Assembly (NCBI GenBank): GCA_047637535.1
Contig: JBLIKY010000001.1
Coordinates: forward strand, 1-40,863
Reading direction: 5' to 3'
Length of the DNA stretch: 40,863 nucleotides
From: Lentimonas sp.
GTDB lineage: Bacteria > Bacteroidota > Bacteroidia > Flavobacteriales_D > Crocinitomicaceae
Part shown: one piece after another, positions 25,592-34,769 of the stretch
How positions within the stretch are numbered: position 1 is the first letter of the stretch
Layout of the letters: every line of letters begins with the position of its first letter
Made by a program: the position numbers and the translations under genes
The notes under the pieces: model-generated
The model's database searches: none
What the model saw: the letters and a program-made list of their open reading frames with translations, nothing else
Told to the model about the DNA's origin: nothing

Positions 25592-26802
25592 TTGATATTT
25601 ACCCAGCCATTTTTCCATCGATTAATCGATGCATCCCATCTTTCTTTGAGTTGAAAACTTCGTTCCAGCTCCCAATCATTAGGATGCAAATTGTGTGGAT
25701 CTCTTCGAAACAAAAACAGCTGACTGTTGACTTCTGACAAACCATAGGTCCATGATTCTCCCTGTGTATCAGTTAGCACTCTGTCTGGCTTTCCGTAAAC
25801 GATATACAACATTCCTTTGTCCGTTTTCCAGCCTTCTTTGTAAGACGCAAAATTTTGATTTGTGTACCTAACTCGTTCTTCAAACTCCTTGATTAATTTG
25901 TCCATCAAATACTTTTCTCCACCCGATGCTTTGAGCCAAAAGGTGGTCCATGTTTGTAGACTCGTTCTTCCCTCCTTTTCATCAGACAGATAAATCAAAG
26001 CATCAATTATTGGTCGCTTTTCGTTCATCGAGAAATAGAAATTGTTTTTTGAATAGATATCTTCAGGTAAATTGACTTTATAAAACCCTTCTTCAAAATC
26101 AACTTGGAGCCTTGTGTTTAGTTCGGCTAACAAAATAGTATCCGCCCATTCCTCTCCAAACTCTTCTTTGTTTTTCAGGCTACCTTGTGCATAGGGTAAT
26201 TCGGCGACATTAGACAGGTCAGAATATTTTCTTACCAAAAGTAGCGAGTCTTTCCACCTATTTGATTGAATTGTCACCGGAATATCAAAAATTCGTTCAG
26301 TCAGCACCTCATTATTAGTGTCACGAATTAAAAAATCTTCTTTTAAAAAGCCAGTTTTTCTATTCCACCAACTGCTTTCGATTCGATACACATGTTTGTT
26401 TTCATCTATTAGTTTTAATTCGTAAAACAGGTCTTTGTTTATTGGCAAATAAAACTCAAACGAATCATTCAAGTTACTTTTGCTTTCGAGTCGATAATCC
26501 TCTATTTGGCTAAAAAATTGTTTGCCTGCAAATTGATTACGTTGCACCAAAAAATCAACTTTTATTGTGTTGTACCACTGATCGTTTGTCTCTCTCTTAG
26601 ACAAGAAAGACTGGGATTCTGCCCTATAAAAAAGTTGGCAAAGGCTATCGTTTTGACGGTACAGTGAAAATGTAAATGGCAAATCTGTGATAGGTCGTGG
26701 TTTAATATAAACCTCCTTCAACAAATGGGAATATCCTGACTCAGTTACCGCGCATCCCGCAAAAAGGATAACTAAGATTAATAATCTAATCCAGGTCATC
26801 AT
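25588..26802 (-). CDS. GWxTD-domain lipoprotein
   Basis: 404 aa. Lipobox LFAGC; C-terminal GWKTDKGMLYIVYGKPD matches the GWxTD domain signature. Confidence 0.8.
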   Translation of the reverse strand: MMTWIRLLILVILFAGCAVTESGYSHLLKEVYIKPRPITDLPFTFSLYRQNDSLCQLFYRAESQSFLSKRETNDQWYNTIKVDFLVQRNQFAGKQFFSQIEDYRLESKSNLNDSFEFYLPINKDLFYELKLIDENKHVYRIESSWWNRKTGFLKEDFLIRDTNNEVLTERIFDIPVTIQSNRWKDSLLLVRKYSDLSNVAELPYAQGSLKNKEEFGEEWADTILLAELNTRLQVDFEEGFYKVNLPEDIYSKNNFYFSMNEKRPIIDALIYLSDEKEGRTSLQTWTTFWLKASGGEKYLMDKLIKEFEERVRYTNQNFASYKEGWKTDKGMLYIVYGKPDRVLTDTQGESWTYGLSEVNSQLFLFRRDPHNLHPNDWELERSFQLKERWDASINRWKNGWVNIN

Positions 26803-28042
26803 CGTCTCCCAAAAGTTTTTTGTCCAGCTCCTTTTTGGTAGTCAAACCAAGTTTTTTGAGCTTCTGTGCACTATTTACCAAGTTTCCTTTTCCGACAGAA
26901 AGTTTTTTAACTGCTTCGTCATAGGCCAACTGCGCTTCGTTTTGTTTCTTACCCACTTTTTCTAAGTCACCGACAAAACCGACGAATTTATCGTACATCG
27001 CCCCAGCTTGTCTTGATATTTCTAGGGTATTTCTGGTTGTTCGCTCGTTTTTCCAAATGCTTTCAACTGTTTTCAAGGTAGCCAATAAGGTGGACGGTGT
27101 CACCAGAACAATTTTCTTATCAAAGGCCATTTGATAAAGTCCAGGTTCTTCTCTTACCGCCAAAGAAAAAGAGGACTCCAAAGGAATAAAAAGCAATACA
27201 AATTCTGGGGAATTCAATCCCTCTAAATGCGAATAATCCTTGTCGCCCAACTGCTTAATGTGTGTCTTAATCGAGTTGATATGGTCTTTTAATGCGATGT
27301 CCTTTTCAGCTTTTTCTTCCGCATTAACATATCTCTCATAAGCCAATAATGAAACTTTGGAGTCAATAATCAATTGCTTATCATCCGGAAGTAGAATCAC
27401 CACATCGGGCCTTAAATTGTTATTTTCTTCGTCTTTGTAAGAAGATTGTGTTTCGTACTCAACCCCTTTAACCAATCCGGAGTTTTCCAGAATTTTCTGC
27501 AGAGCCATTTCTCCCCAATCCCCTTGGGTTTTATTTTCTCCCCGCAAGGCATCAACAAGATTCTGAGCCGTCGTTTTCATTTTATCGTGCTGGTCTGAAA
27601 GGGTTTTTACTATTCCTCTCATGTTGGAAAACTCCTCCATCTCACGTTTGCTGCTGTCTTTAACCTCCTTTTCAAAGGATTCCAACTTCTCTTTAAACGG
27701 CCTCAATAATTCCATCAGTTTGGATTCGGATTCTGACTTTAGCGTTTTACTCCCTGTCGATACCAAATCCTTTCCCAATAAAGTAAGATGTTCCCTCAAT
27801 TCAATTTTTTGGATTTCGAGAGAATCCTTCTCGGCTTTCAATTGATGCACCAGAGATTCATTTTGAACTCTTAAGGTTGTAGCTTCTTTGAAAAAATTAT
27901 CTTTCTCAGCTTGTAAACCTTCTGACTTATTTTGCAAGGCTTCAAAGTCACCTTTTATCCTCTTTTTCTCCATGAAAAAATAGACAACTACGGCGGCTAA
28001 TATTACAATTAAGATTATCAAAAAGGTTGTACTGTTCATCAA
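26786..28042 (-). CDS. rmuC: DNA recombination protein RmuC
   Basis: 418 aa. N-terminal TM segment, a long coiled coil, and a C-terminal RmuC nuclease-like region (PDVVILLPDDKQLIIDSKVSL...LFIPLES). Confidence 0.9.
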   Translation of the reverse strand: MMNSTTFLIILIVILAAVVVYFFMEKKRIKGDFEALQNKSEGLQAEKDNFFKEATTLRVQNESLVHQLKAEKDSLEIQKIELREHLTLLGKDLVSTGSKTLKSESESKLMELLRPFKEKLESFEKEVKDSSKREMEEFSNMRGIVKTLSDQHDKMKTTAQNLVDALRGENKTQGDWGEMALQKILENSGLVKGVEYETQSSYKDEENNNLRPDVVILLPDDKQLIIDSKVSLLAYERYVNAEEKAEKDIALKDHINSIKTHIKQLGDKDYSHLEGLNSPEFVLLFIPLESSFSLAVREEPGLYQMAFDKKIVLVTPSTLLATLKTVESIWKNERTTRNTLEISRQAGAMYDKFVGFVGDLEKVGKKQNEAQLAYDEAVKKLSVGKGNLVNSAQKLKKLGLTTKKELDKKLLGDDDDLD

Positions 28043-28056
28043 TAGATTTTAGAATA

Positions 28057-29763
28057 TTAAAAATAGGCAATATATCCGAAATGGACTTTGCCTTCCCTCA
28101 ATTGAATGGGGTTATTTTGCTCTGTACCCAGCGCATAAAGAATAGAGAATGTTCCGATATCCGTTCCGAAAGCAATTCCGGCTCCAAAACCATAAGGCGC
28201 ATCTGTAAACCCATCCAGACTTCGGTTTTGATAATAACTTTGGTCATAAAAGGCGAAAATTCTTGAGTTTTTGTCGAGTAAGAATCGGTATTCGAGCGAA
28301 CCAAGCACATAACCCGAAGCCCTAAACTGATCTTCTAAAAATCCTCTTTGTGTTAAGAGTCCGCCATACCTATAAAGTTCATTACTATAAAGAATCGGTG
28401 CTTCGAGATAATTTACTCGGGAAGATGCTTTTAACACATGTCTTTTTGCAAGCGGGATGTACAATTCAAGAGAACCTTCAAATCTATACTGCAGAGCCGA
28501 AATCGACGGCGTAGTGTCATTAATTTGCGTCGTACGTTGACCAACGGCAAAGCTCGTTTCTAACAAAACCCCTCGGGTTGGATTGGGAATATAATCCAAA
28601 CGGCTGCGGAAGAAGCCAATTCCGTAGCTATTGGTCTCAACGTTTGATAATTGTCCGAGATTTAAGCCAGAACTCGCACCTCTTAACAAATTGGAAGAAT
28701 ATCGGTCGTAAAAGAAAGAAAGAGAGTTTCCTCCTTGTAAAAAGTACTGTACGGATATCTTGGATTTTAACTCAATAAAAGTTGAGTCTCGTCGATAGAT
28801 ATTAAACTTCCCTTCTAACCCAAAAGGAGTTGAAAACAGGAACGGGAGTCCAGCTTGTAGATCAAGTTGTGACGTTTGGTCTTGAATATTTCGCCATTTC
28901 AAATCCAGTTTCTCCCCTCTTTTCAAAGTGTTAATCAGTTTTAAATTGACCTCACCGTTTAATACATATCCTTCTTCTATATTCGCTTTTGGTTGTACAC
29001 CTAAAACACCGTTGATCGAACTAATAGGAAAACTCTCAATGTAAATAAAGACCTCCACACCCTCAGCGGTATATAGCACCTCATGCGGACGAATTTCTTT
29101 TAAAAACGTGACTTGAGCAATACGTTGAGAAAGGAGGATGAGTTTTTGTTCATTGAAATTCTCGCCCACTTTTATTTGACAAACATTTTGTAAATACTTT
29201 TCGTTAACGGCTTGATCTCCTTTAACATTGATTTTTGAGAATTTCATTAACGGTCCGCTGTCAATCACCAAACGAGCCTTCACTTGCTGAGGATTCACAT
29301 CACCAAAGGTCAAACTCACTTTAGCAAAAGGGTAGCCATTGTTGAGATATGATTCTTGAAGAAGAAGAAGAATTTTTGCGACCTCATCCTTTCTGAATAC
29401 ATTATTTTGCAGAGACTTTTCACGAAGATTGACGTTGGCTTTCAAAAAACCCAAAACGTCTTCATCAATGTCTAAATAAAGTTTTTCATATTTTTGACCT
29501 AAGAAAAAATCAACACTTATTTCTGACGAGTCAAACACAATTTTATCGCATGAAGCTGCTAAGAAGCCATCCTTAATTGCTGAGTTTTTAAATTTTCTAA
29601 TGTACGATATTACGGATAAGCTGTCTTTGAACTTTGTTTCAGGATTGCGCTTGAAACCTTTATAGCCATCATTCGTAAACACAATAGAATATTCATTTTG
29701 GCTTAAAGAAGTGTCGGCCAAAAAGAGTGTAAAAAAAAGAAATACAAATTGTGCAAACCTCAT
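28057..29763 (-). CDS. Omp85-family (BamA/TamA-like) outer-membrane protein with a POTRA-like region
   Basis: 568 aa. Signal peptide, POTRA-like segment (FSKINVKGDQAVNEKYL...), a beta-barrel, and a C-terminal aromatic signal ...GYIAYF. Confidence 0.8.
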   Translation of the reverse strand: MRFAQFVFLFFTLFLADTSLSQNEYSIVFTNDGYKGFKRNPETKFKDSLSVISYIRKFKNSAIKDGFLAASCDKIVFDSSEISVDFFLGQKYEKLYLDIDEDVLGFLKANVNLREKSLQNNVFRKDEVAKILLLLQESYLNNGYPFAKVSLTFGDVNPQQVKARLVIDSGPLMKFSKINVKGDQAVNEKYLQNVCQIKVGENFNEQKLILLSQRIAQVTFLKEIRPHEVLYTAEGVEVFIYIESFPISSINGVLGVQPKANIEEGYVLNGEVNLKLINTLKRGEKLDLKWRNIQDQTSQLDLQAGLPFLFSTPFGLEGKFNIYRRDSTFIELKSKISVQYFLQGGNSLSFFYDRYSSNLLRGASSGLNLGQLSNVETNSYGIGFFRSRLDYIPNPTRGVLLETSFAVGQRTTQINDTTPSISALQYRFEGSLELYIPLAKRHVLKASSRVNYLEAPILYSNELYRYGGLLTQRGFLEDQFRASGYVLGSLEYRFLLDKNSRIFAFYDQSYYQNRSLDGFTDAPYGFGAGIAFGTDIGTFSILYALGTEQNNPIQLREGKVHFGYIAYF

Positions 29764-29850
29764 TTGGCTTTTAAACGTTTATTATATTAGATAATTGTTA
29801 TTTACGTTACTAACGTGACAATAATTTTATGAAATTAGCGTTTTAGTTAG

Positions 29851-29858
29851 TAAGTTTG
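29851..29858 (+). promoter_or_regulatory. Candidate -7 box (TAAGTTTG) for the small lipoprotein gene
   Basis: TAAGTTTG matches TAnnTTTG, 37 nt upstream of the ATG at 29895. Confidence 0.35.
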
Positions 29859-29894
29859 CAACAGAACAACAGAAAAACAAATAATACAGGAATT

Positions 29895-30029
29895 ATGAAA
29901 AGAGCAGTGATTTTAACAATGTTGGCAATGGTACTAACAGCAGGTTTAATGGCATGTGGTGCTTCTCAAGGTGCACATTGTGATGCTTACGGAAGTATTG
30001 ATACAGTTGAATCTTCTGATAACGCTTAA
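29895..30029 (+). CDS. 44-aa predicted lipoprotein, not in the supplied ORF track
   Basis: MKRAVILTMLAMVLTAGLMACGASQGAHCDAYGSIDTVESSDNA. It has a signal peptide with lipobox LMAC, its own candidate -7 box, and a strong terminator 22 nt after the stop. Confidence 0.6.
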   Translation: MKRAVILTMLAMVLTAGLMACGASQGAHCDAYGSIDTVESSDNA

Positions 30030-30050
30030 TTCAACCAAAGATAATATTAG

Positions 30051-30081
30051 GTCAACAACCCTCGGTTGTTGACTTTTTTTT
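30051..30081 (+). terminator. Rho-independent terminator of the 44-aa lipoprotein gene
   Basis: GTCAACAACC-ctc-GGTTGTTGAC followed by eight T residues. Confidence 0.8.
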
Positions 30082-30085
30082 GTGC

Positions 30086-30538
30086 CTATTGCCTAACGTA
30101 ATTAAGGTTATAGTGGTTTGGGAAAATAGGAATTAACACGTAATTTTCAATCGCATAAAAATCCTCACATTCATTGCAAGTGTTAATTCGTAGAGTATTT
30201 GTAACCCTTCCCAATTGATCGTCTACAAAGACATCATTGACCACTGTTGTATGACAGTCAACAACTACTGGGAAATTCATAATAACGAAATTATCAAAAT
30301 CTACAGGGAGTCTTGTCACCCCCCCATCCGTTGAAACTTTCCAAGCTGGACTTTCTGAATCTTCTCTGACTACTATTCTTTTTCTTCCACTATTGGGTCC
30401 ATAAATGATCGCCTCCTTAACCAAATCGCCAGACTTTACATCCTCTGGCGGTATCTCGCATTTCTTCTTACAGCTGTTAATAGCAAAGCCAAAAACAATC
30501 AGTGTAATTATGGATAAGAATGAGGTTTTAATTGTCAT
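30086..30538 (-). CDS. Hypothetical lipoprotein
   Basis: 150 aa. Signal peptide with lipobox AINSC. No family recognised. Confidence 0.65.
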   Translation of the reverse strand: MTIKTSFLSIITLIVFGFAINSCKKKCEIPPEDVKSGDLVKEAIIYGPNSGRKRIVVREDSESPAWKVSTDGGVTRLPVDFDNFVIMNFPVVVDCHTTVVNDVFVDDQLGRVTNTLRINTCNECEDFYAIENYVLIPIFPNHYNLNYVRQ

Positions 30539-30578
30539 AATCTATTGCTAAAATAAAAAATACTCAGCAAGAATGGAA

Positions 30579-31307
30579 CTATTTGTTTCTAAGCACAAAT
30601 TTTTGACCCAAATATACTTTCCTAACTTGTTCGTCTGCCGCTAATTCTTCAGCAGTCCCAGACTTTAAAATTGCACCCTCAAACAAGAGGTAAGCTCTGT
30701 CGGTGATGTGCAAAGTTTCTTGTACATTATGGTCCGTAATCAGTACTCCAATGTTTCGCTTTTTAAGTTCGGATATTATCGCCTGTATATCTTCAACAGC
30801 AATAGGGTCGACTCCTGCAAAAGGTTCGTCCAACAACAAAAACTTAGGATTAGTAGACAAGGCTCGGGCAATTTCAGTTCTTCTTTTTTCCCCTCCCGAA
30901 AGTCGGTTACCCATTGTTTTTCTTACGTGGTGAAGGCTAAACTCTGTTAACAATTGCTCGAGACGAGCCTTTCTTTCTTCCAACTTCATATCGGTCATCT
31001 CAAGAATTGCCAAAATATTGTCTTCTACACTTAATTTTCTAAAAACAGAAACTTCTTGAGGTAAGTATCCAATTCCCATCTGGGATCTTTTATACATTGG
31101 GAGCTTAGTGATATTGGTCTCATCTAAATACACTTCCCCTCCGTCGGGACTAACTAAACCGACTATCATGTAGAAAGAAGTCGTCTTTCCAGCCCCATTA
31201 GGACCCAACAGGCCAACAATTTCGCCTTGTTTAACCTCAATCGAAACACCTTTTACAACGTTTCGGCCTTTGTACGATTTCTTAATTATGTCGGTATGTA
31301 ATTTCAC
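30579..31307 (-). CDS. lptB: LPS export ABC transporter ATP-binding protein
   Basis: 242 aa. Walker [10 protein letters not shown], signature LSGGEKRR, Walker B LLLDEP, with an LptB-like overall sequence. Confidence 0.9.
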   Translation of the reverse strand: MKLHTDIIKKSYKGRNVVKGVSIEVKQGEIVGLLGPNGAGKTTSFYMIVGLVSPDGGEVYLDETNITKLPMYKRSQMGIGYLPQEVSVFRKLSVEDNILAILEMTDMKLEERKARLEQLLTEFSLHHVRKTMGNRLSGGEKRRTEIARALSTNPKFLLLDEPFAGVDPIAVEDIQAIISELKKRNIGVLITDHNVQETLHITDRAYLLFEGAILKSGTAEELAADEQVRKVYLGQKFVLRNK

Positions 31308-31316
31308 TTCGTGAAG

Positions 31317-33788
31317 TTAAAAATTAATTGCAAAACGCATTCTTACTCCTAAAGGACTAACCCCAGGAATCTGATGTGACATCCTATAAACCATATCGAC
31401 TCTAAACACCTTGAATATATTTTCTATACCAATGGCTGATTCCAAGTAAGGTTTGTTATTAAATCGATTGACAAAACTTGGCATCGCGACCAGTTGACTG
31501 TGCTGTTCGCCTATCGAACCTATTGTCCCTTTAACCCCCGTTACTAGTCTCCACTTTAATTTCTTTACACCAGGCACTCGGTCAAGGAAGAATCCATTCC
31601 AATGTTGTTCGATATAACCTGTCGCGTATTGGTCAGAAATAAACTCGTAAAAATTGAGCATATTAAAAGTATTGGTTATCAGATAATAAGATTGATTTCC
31701 TTCGTGAATTTTAAGAAAAGGATAGGCCGTTTTACCAAATGTTTTACCCGCGGACAAACCGTAGTGAAGCTTCCCAAAGACACCCAAAGGTTGAGTATGG
31801 TCGAGGCCGGCGTCAAATCGTTGATATTCGTAATCGCTTTCGAGTAGTCCCTTGACTCCTATCGTTGCATTGAAAAACAATATTGGCCACTTAGATTTTA
31901 AACTCGTTCGATCAAAAGCTCCAGAAATAAATTCTTCCCCTTTGGCGTATCTAAATCCGAAACTTAATTCTGCAGTTGTCAAACGACTAATTGTATCTCC
32001 TGTATCATTAATTCCTGTAGGTCTTACAAAATTGGCTTTCCCTAATGATTGTATCTCGCGCCATTCTGCGCCAAACTTAATTTGTAAGTCCTTTTTAATG
32101 TCTCTCTCTATATTAAAGCCAAATTTTGAGATAAAGGACAATTTATCCAAGGGTCCTGTTCGCAGTATGGTTCCAAAAGTTGAACCAACAGCATTTGCAG
32201 TTGGAGACTGACCAAGTTGCTGAATATCATAATTGTAATAAGCAGTAAGTAGAGTTCTTTTTTTTCGTGAAAGATTTGCCCTAAACTTGATATTGTATTT
32301 GAATTTCTCATCACTAAAACCGTAGGAGAGGATTCCTCCCAATTCGATTCTTTTGGAAAAATTATTTGAAGTACGCAAAGCCAAACTTGCTCTAAAAGAT
32401 TCAATAGGGTTTGTACTAAACAATCCAAAAACGTTTCCGACTTCTATTTTATTAATGACATAATACCCGGTTGTGGCCAAATAAGTCAAATTTTTGAGCA
32501 TTTTAAAATAAGGATTGTTATTCAAGGTGTCAACCATTTCGTCTATCCTTTCTTCTTGTCTACTTAAGGGTCTGTGTCTGTTTAAAGCCCAATAGTCAAG
32601 GTCTCTATGGCTGGCCTCGATTTGTGTGGTTACGGTCTCATCCACTCGATAAAAATCTGGAGTTCGTTCTTTATTAATTACAAAATTCTTTCTTGAAGAG
32701 TATTTTCGACCATACAACCCGTAGACTTTTGATTTATCCGACAAATTGACATCACAAATCATTTTTTCTTCTGTCAACATCCAAACTTCTGGTGCTACAA
32801 GGTCAAACTCGTGTTCAATGTACATATCCTGTATGTAGTTGATGTTAGCGTTAGCCGAAATATTACCCTTAAACGACTTAACTGCATACGTCGTGTCATG
32901 TATCCACATTTCACCTGTAAACGTGAGATCACCTGTTCGCTTTGGAACATACCTCAACAAGTAACACCACTGGTTATCAATGAAGGTTGAGTCTTCAAGA
33001 TAAAATCGATAATAACTACGAGCAAAATTAGCGGTTGGTGAAACGAAAGATTTACCAAACATATTTACATAGTTGTCGTAAATATTTATATCGAGGTACA
33101 TGTCTCCCAAAAACTGATTGAATTGCAGTTCTTCTGTCCCCGAAACTTGATAAGCCTTGATCACCTCAATCTTCTTTTTGGGATTGTTTTTAAAATAGAA
33201 ATCCGAAATCGTCTCTGTTAATAGTACAGGTAAGAAAGTCTTTGCACTCTCTGTAGAATCGAGATAATCAAGCACAAAGTCCAGCCTTTTCATGACTTTG
33301 TTGTCTGTAAAACCATCGCCTATGTTGTTGAGATCAAGTTGCAGTTTATTGTACGTTTCGTATTCGTAGGCGTCTAGCTTTTCTCTATTGTTGGCATCCT
33401 TATTCGCTACCATTCTTTTGTGCAAGATGGTTGAGGGCAATTCGTCTGGAGCCTTAGCAAATACTTCCCCAATTTCCATGATCAAAGTCTCGAGTTGAAT
33501 ATTGATTATTTGAGGTTCATCTTTTGAGATCTTAACGGTTTTCTTTTTGTAGCCAGAAAAGTAGACGATTAAAGAATCGGTCGCATAATAGGTTTCGATG
33601 TAGTAATTTCCGTTGTCATCGGTTATCGTTCCAATTTTCGCATCTTGAAACTGAAGTTTAACAAAAGGTAAGGAGTCACCAGTAACAGCATCCGTTACTT
33701 TTCCTTCGACGATGGTTTTTTGAGACCATGATGTCTTTGCGACAAACAGGAACGCGAAAATTATTAGTATAAGTTTATTCATTTTCAT
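31317..33788 (-). CDS. CarboxypepD_reg-like + DUF5686-type outer-membrane beta-barrel protein
   Basis: 823 aa. Signal peptide; N-terminal GKVTDAVTGDSLPFVKLQF...TDDNGNYYIE; a long beta-rich region ending ...RMRFAINF. Its start overlaps the tatC stop by 4 nt. Confidence 0.78.
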   Translation of the reverse strand: MKMNKLILIIFAFLFVAKTSWSQKTIVEGKVTDAVTGDSLPFVKLQFQDAKIGTITDDNGNYYIETYYATDSLIVYFSGYKKKTVKISKDEPQIINIQLETLIMEIGEVFAKAPDELPSTILHKRMVANKDANNREKLDAYEYETYNKLQLDLNNIGDGFTDNKVMKRLDFVLDYLDSTESAKTFLPVLLTETISDFYFKNNPKKKIEVIKAYQVSGTEELQFNQFLGDMYLDINIYDNYVNMFGKSFVSPTANFARSYYRFYLEDSTFIDNQWCYLLRYVPKRTGDLTFTGEMWIHDTTYAVKSFKGNISANANINYIQDMYIEHEFDLVAPEVWMLTEEKMICDVNLSDKSKVYGLYGRKYSSRKNFVINKERTPDFYRVDETVTTQIEASHRDLDYWALNRHRPLSRQEERIDEMVDTLNNNPYFKMLKNLTYLATTGYYVINKIEVGNVFGLFSTNPIESFRASLALRTSNNFSKRIELGGILSYGFSDEKFKYNIKFRANLSRKKRTLLTAYYNYDIQQLGQSPTANAVGSTFGTILRTGPLDKLSFISKFGFNIERDIKKDLQIKFGAEWREIQSLGKANFVRPTGINDTGDTISRLTTAELSFGFRYAKGEEFISGAFDRTSLKSKWPILFFNATIGVKGLLESDYEYQRFDAGLDHTQPLGVFGKLHYGLSAGKTFGKTAYPFLKIHEGNQSYYLITNTFNMLNFYEFISDQYATGYIEQHWNGFFLDRVPGVKKLKWRLVTGVKGTIGSIGEQHSQLVAMPSFVNRFNNKPYLESAIGIENIFKVFRVDMVYRMSHQIPGVSPLGVRMRFAINF

Positions 33789-34582
33789 GCAGTAGTTTCT
33801 TCTTCATTCGCCTTTTTCTCTATTTTCACAGCAACCAATATTCCTGCTTCATAAAGGATAGCAATTGGGATAGCCACAATGACTTGTGAAATCAAATCGG
33901 GCGGTGTAATAACTGCTGCTAATATAAGAACTCCTATAATAGAATGCTTACGGTATTTTCTTAAAAAGGCCGCGTTGATCACTCCAAGCTTAACCATAAT
34001 ATAGGTTACCACCGGAAGTAAAAATAATAATCCCGTGTAAAAAACAGTGGACAAAATAGTTGACATGTAAGAATTGATCGTGAAGTTGTTCTGGATTTCA
34101 TCGACAATTTGGAAGTTACCGAAGAACTGAACACACAAAGGGGCAACGACAAAGTAGCCAAACAAAATGCCAGTAAAAAACAAGGCGCTAACGTAAAATA
34201 TGATTCCTTTAGCGATTGATTTTTCTTTAGTTTTTAATCCCGGCTTTACAAAGGACCAAATTTGATAAAAGATATAAGGAAAAGCAATCACTATCGCCCC
34301 CATGATGCTCATCATTAAGGCGTAGGAGAATTGACCTGACATGGTAAAACTCTGCATTTCCTTAATCCTGATTTCCTCAACGCACACTGAAAACCATTGA
34401 CAAAATTTCTGGTAAGTAATAAAGTCCGGTTTGGACATGCCAATGAATAGGTTTTGCATTATCCAACCCTTGAACATCCACAACACAATAGAAATCACAA
34501 GAATAGCAATTGCACTACGTACTAACCTCCATCTTAATTCTTCGAGATGGTCTAAAAATGACATTTCCTTTTCTTCCTGCAT
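33785..34582 (-). CDS. tatC: Twin-arginine translocase subunit TatC
   Basis: 265 aa. MSFLDHLEELRWRL... canonical TatC N-terminus and a six-TM layout. Confidence 0.92.
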   Translation of the reverse strand: MQEEKEMSFLDHLEELRWRLVRSAIAILVISIVLWMFKGWIMQNLFIGMSKPDFITYQKFCQWFSVCVEEIRIKEMQSFTMSGQFSYALMMSIMGAIVIAFPYIFYQIWSFVKPGLKTKEKSIAKGIIFYVSALFFTGILFGYFVVAPLCVQFFGNFQIVDEIQNNFTINSYMSTILSTVFYTGLLFLLPVVTYIMVKLGVINAAFLRKYRKHSIIGVLILAAVITPPDLISQVIVAIPIAILYEAGILVAVKIEKKANEEETTA

Positions 34583-34592
34583 AATCGTTGTG

Positions 34593-34600
34593 CAAAAATA
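34593..34600 (-). promoter_or_regulatory. Candidate -7 box (TATTTTTG) for tatC, implying a very short leader
   Basis: The - strand reads TATTTTTG, matching TAnnTTTG, only 10 nt upstream of the tatC ATG. Confidence 0.3.
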
Positions 34601-34769
34601 AGTAAAAGCGCAGTAAAAAGGGATAAAATTATCGTTTCAATTCTTTACGAAAAAAGCATTTCAAAAAGAAGAATTAAATATCATCAAACCGATAAACTAT
34701 CAGTTGTTTTTGATTATATTCGTATGAAGTAATACTTAATCCCATATTGGGATCATTAACAACAATTAG

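Noticed and set aside
26786-28042. RmuC as part of a defence island
   Set aside because: It has the standard full-length RmuC architecture and is embedded among core envelope and ABC-transporter genes. No restriction-modification, abortive-infection or integrase genes are nearby.
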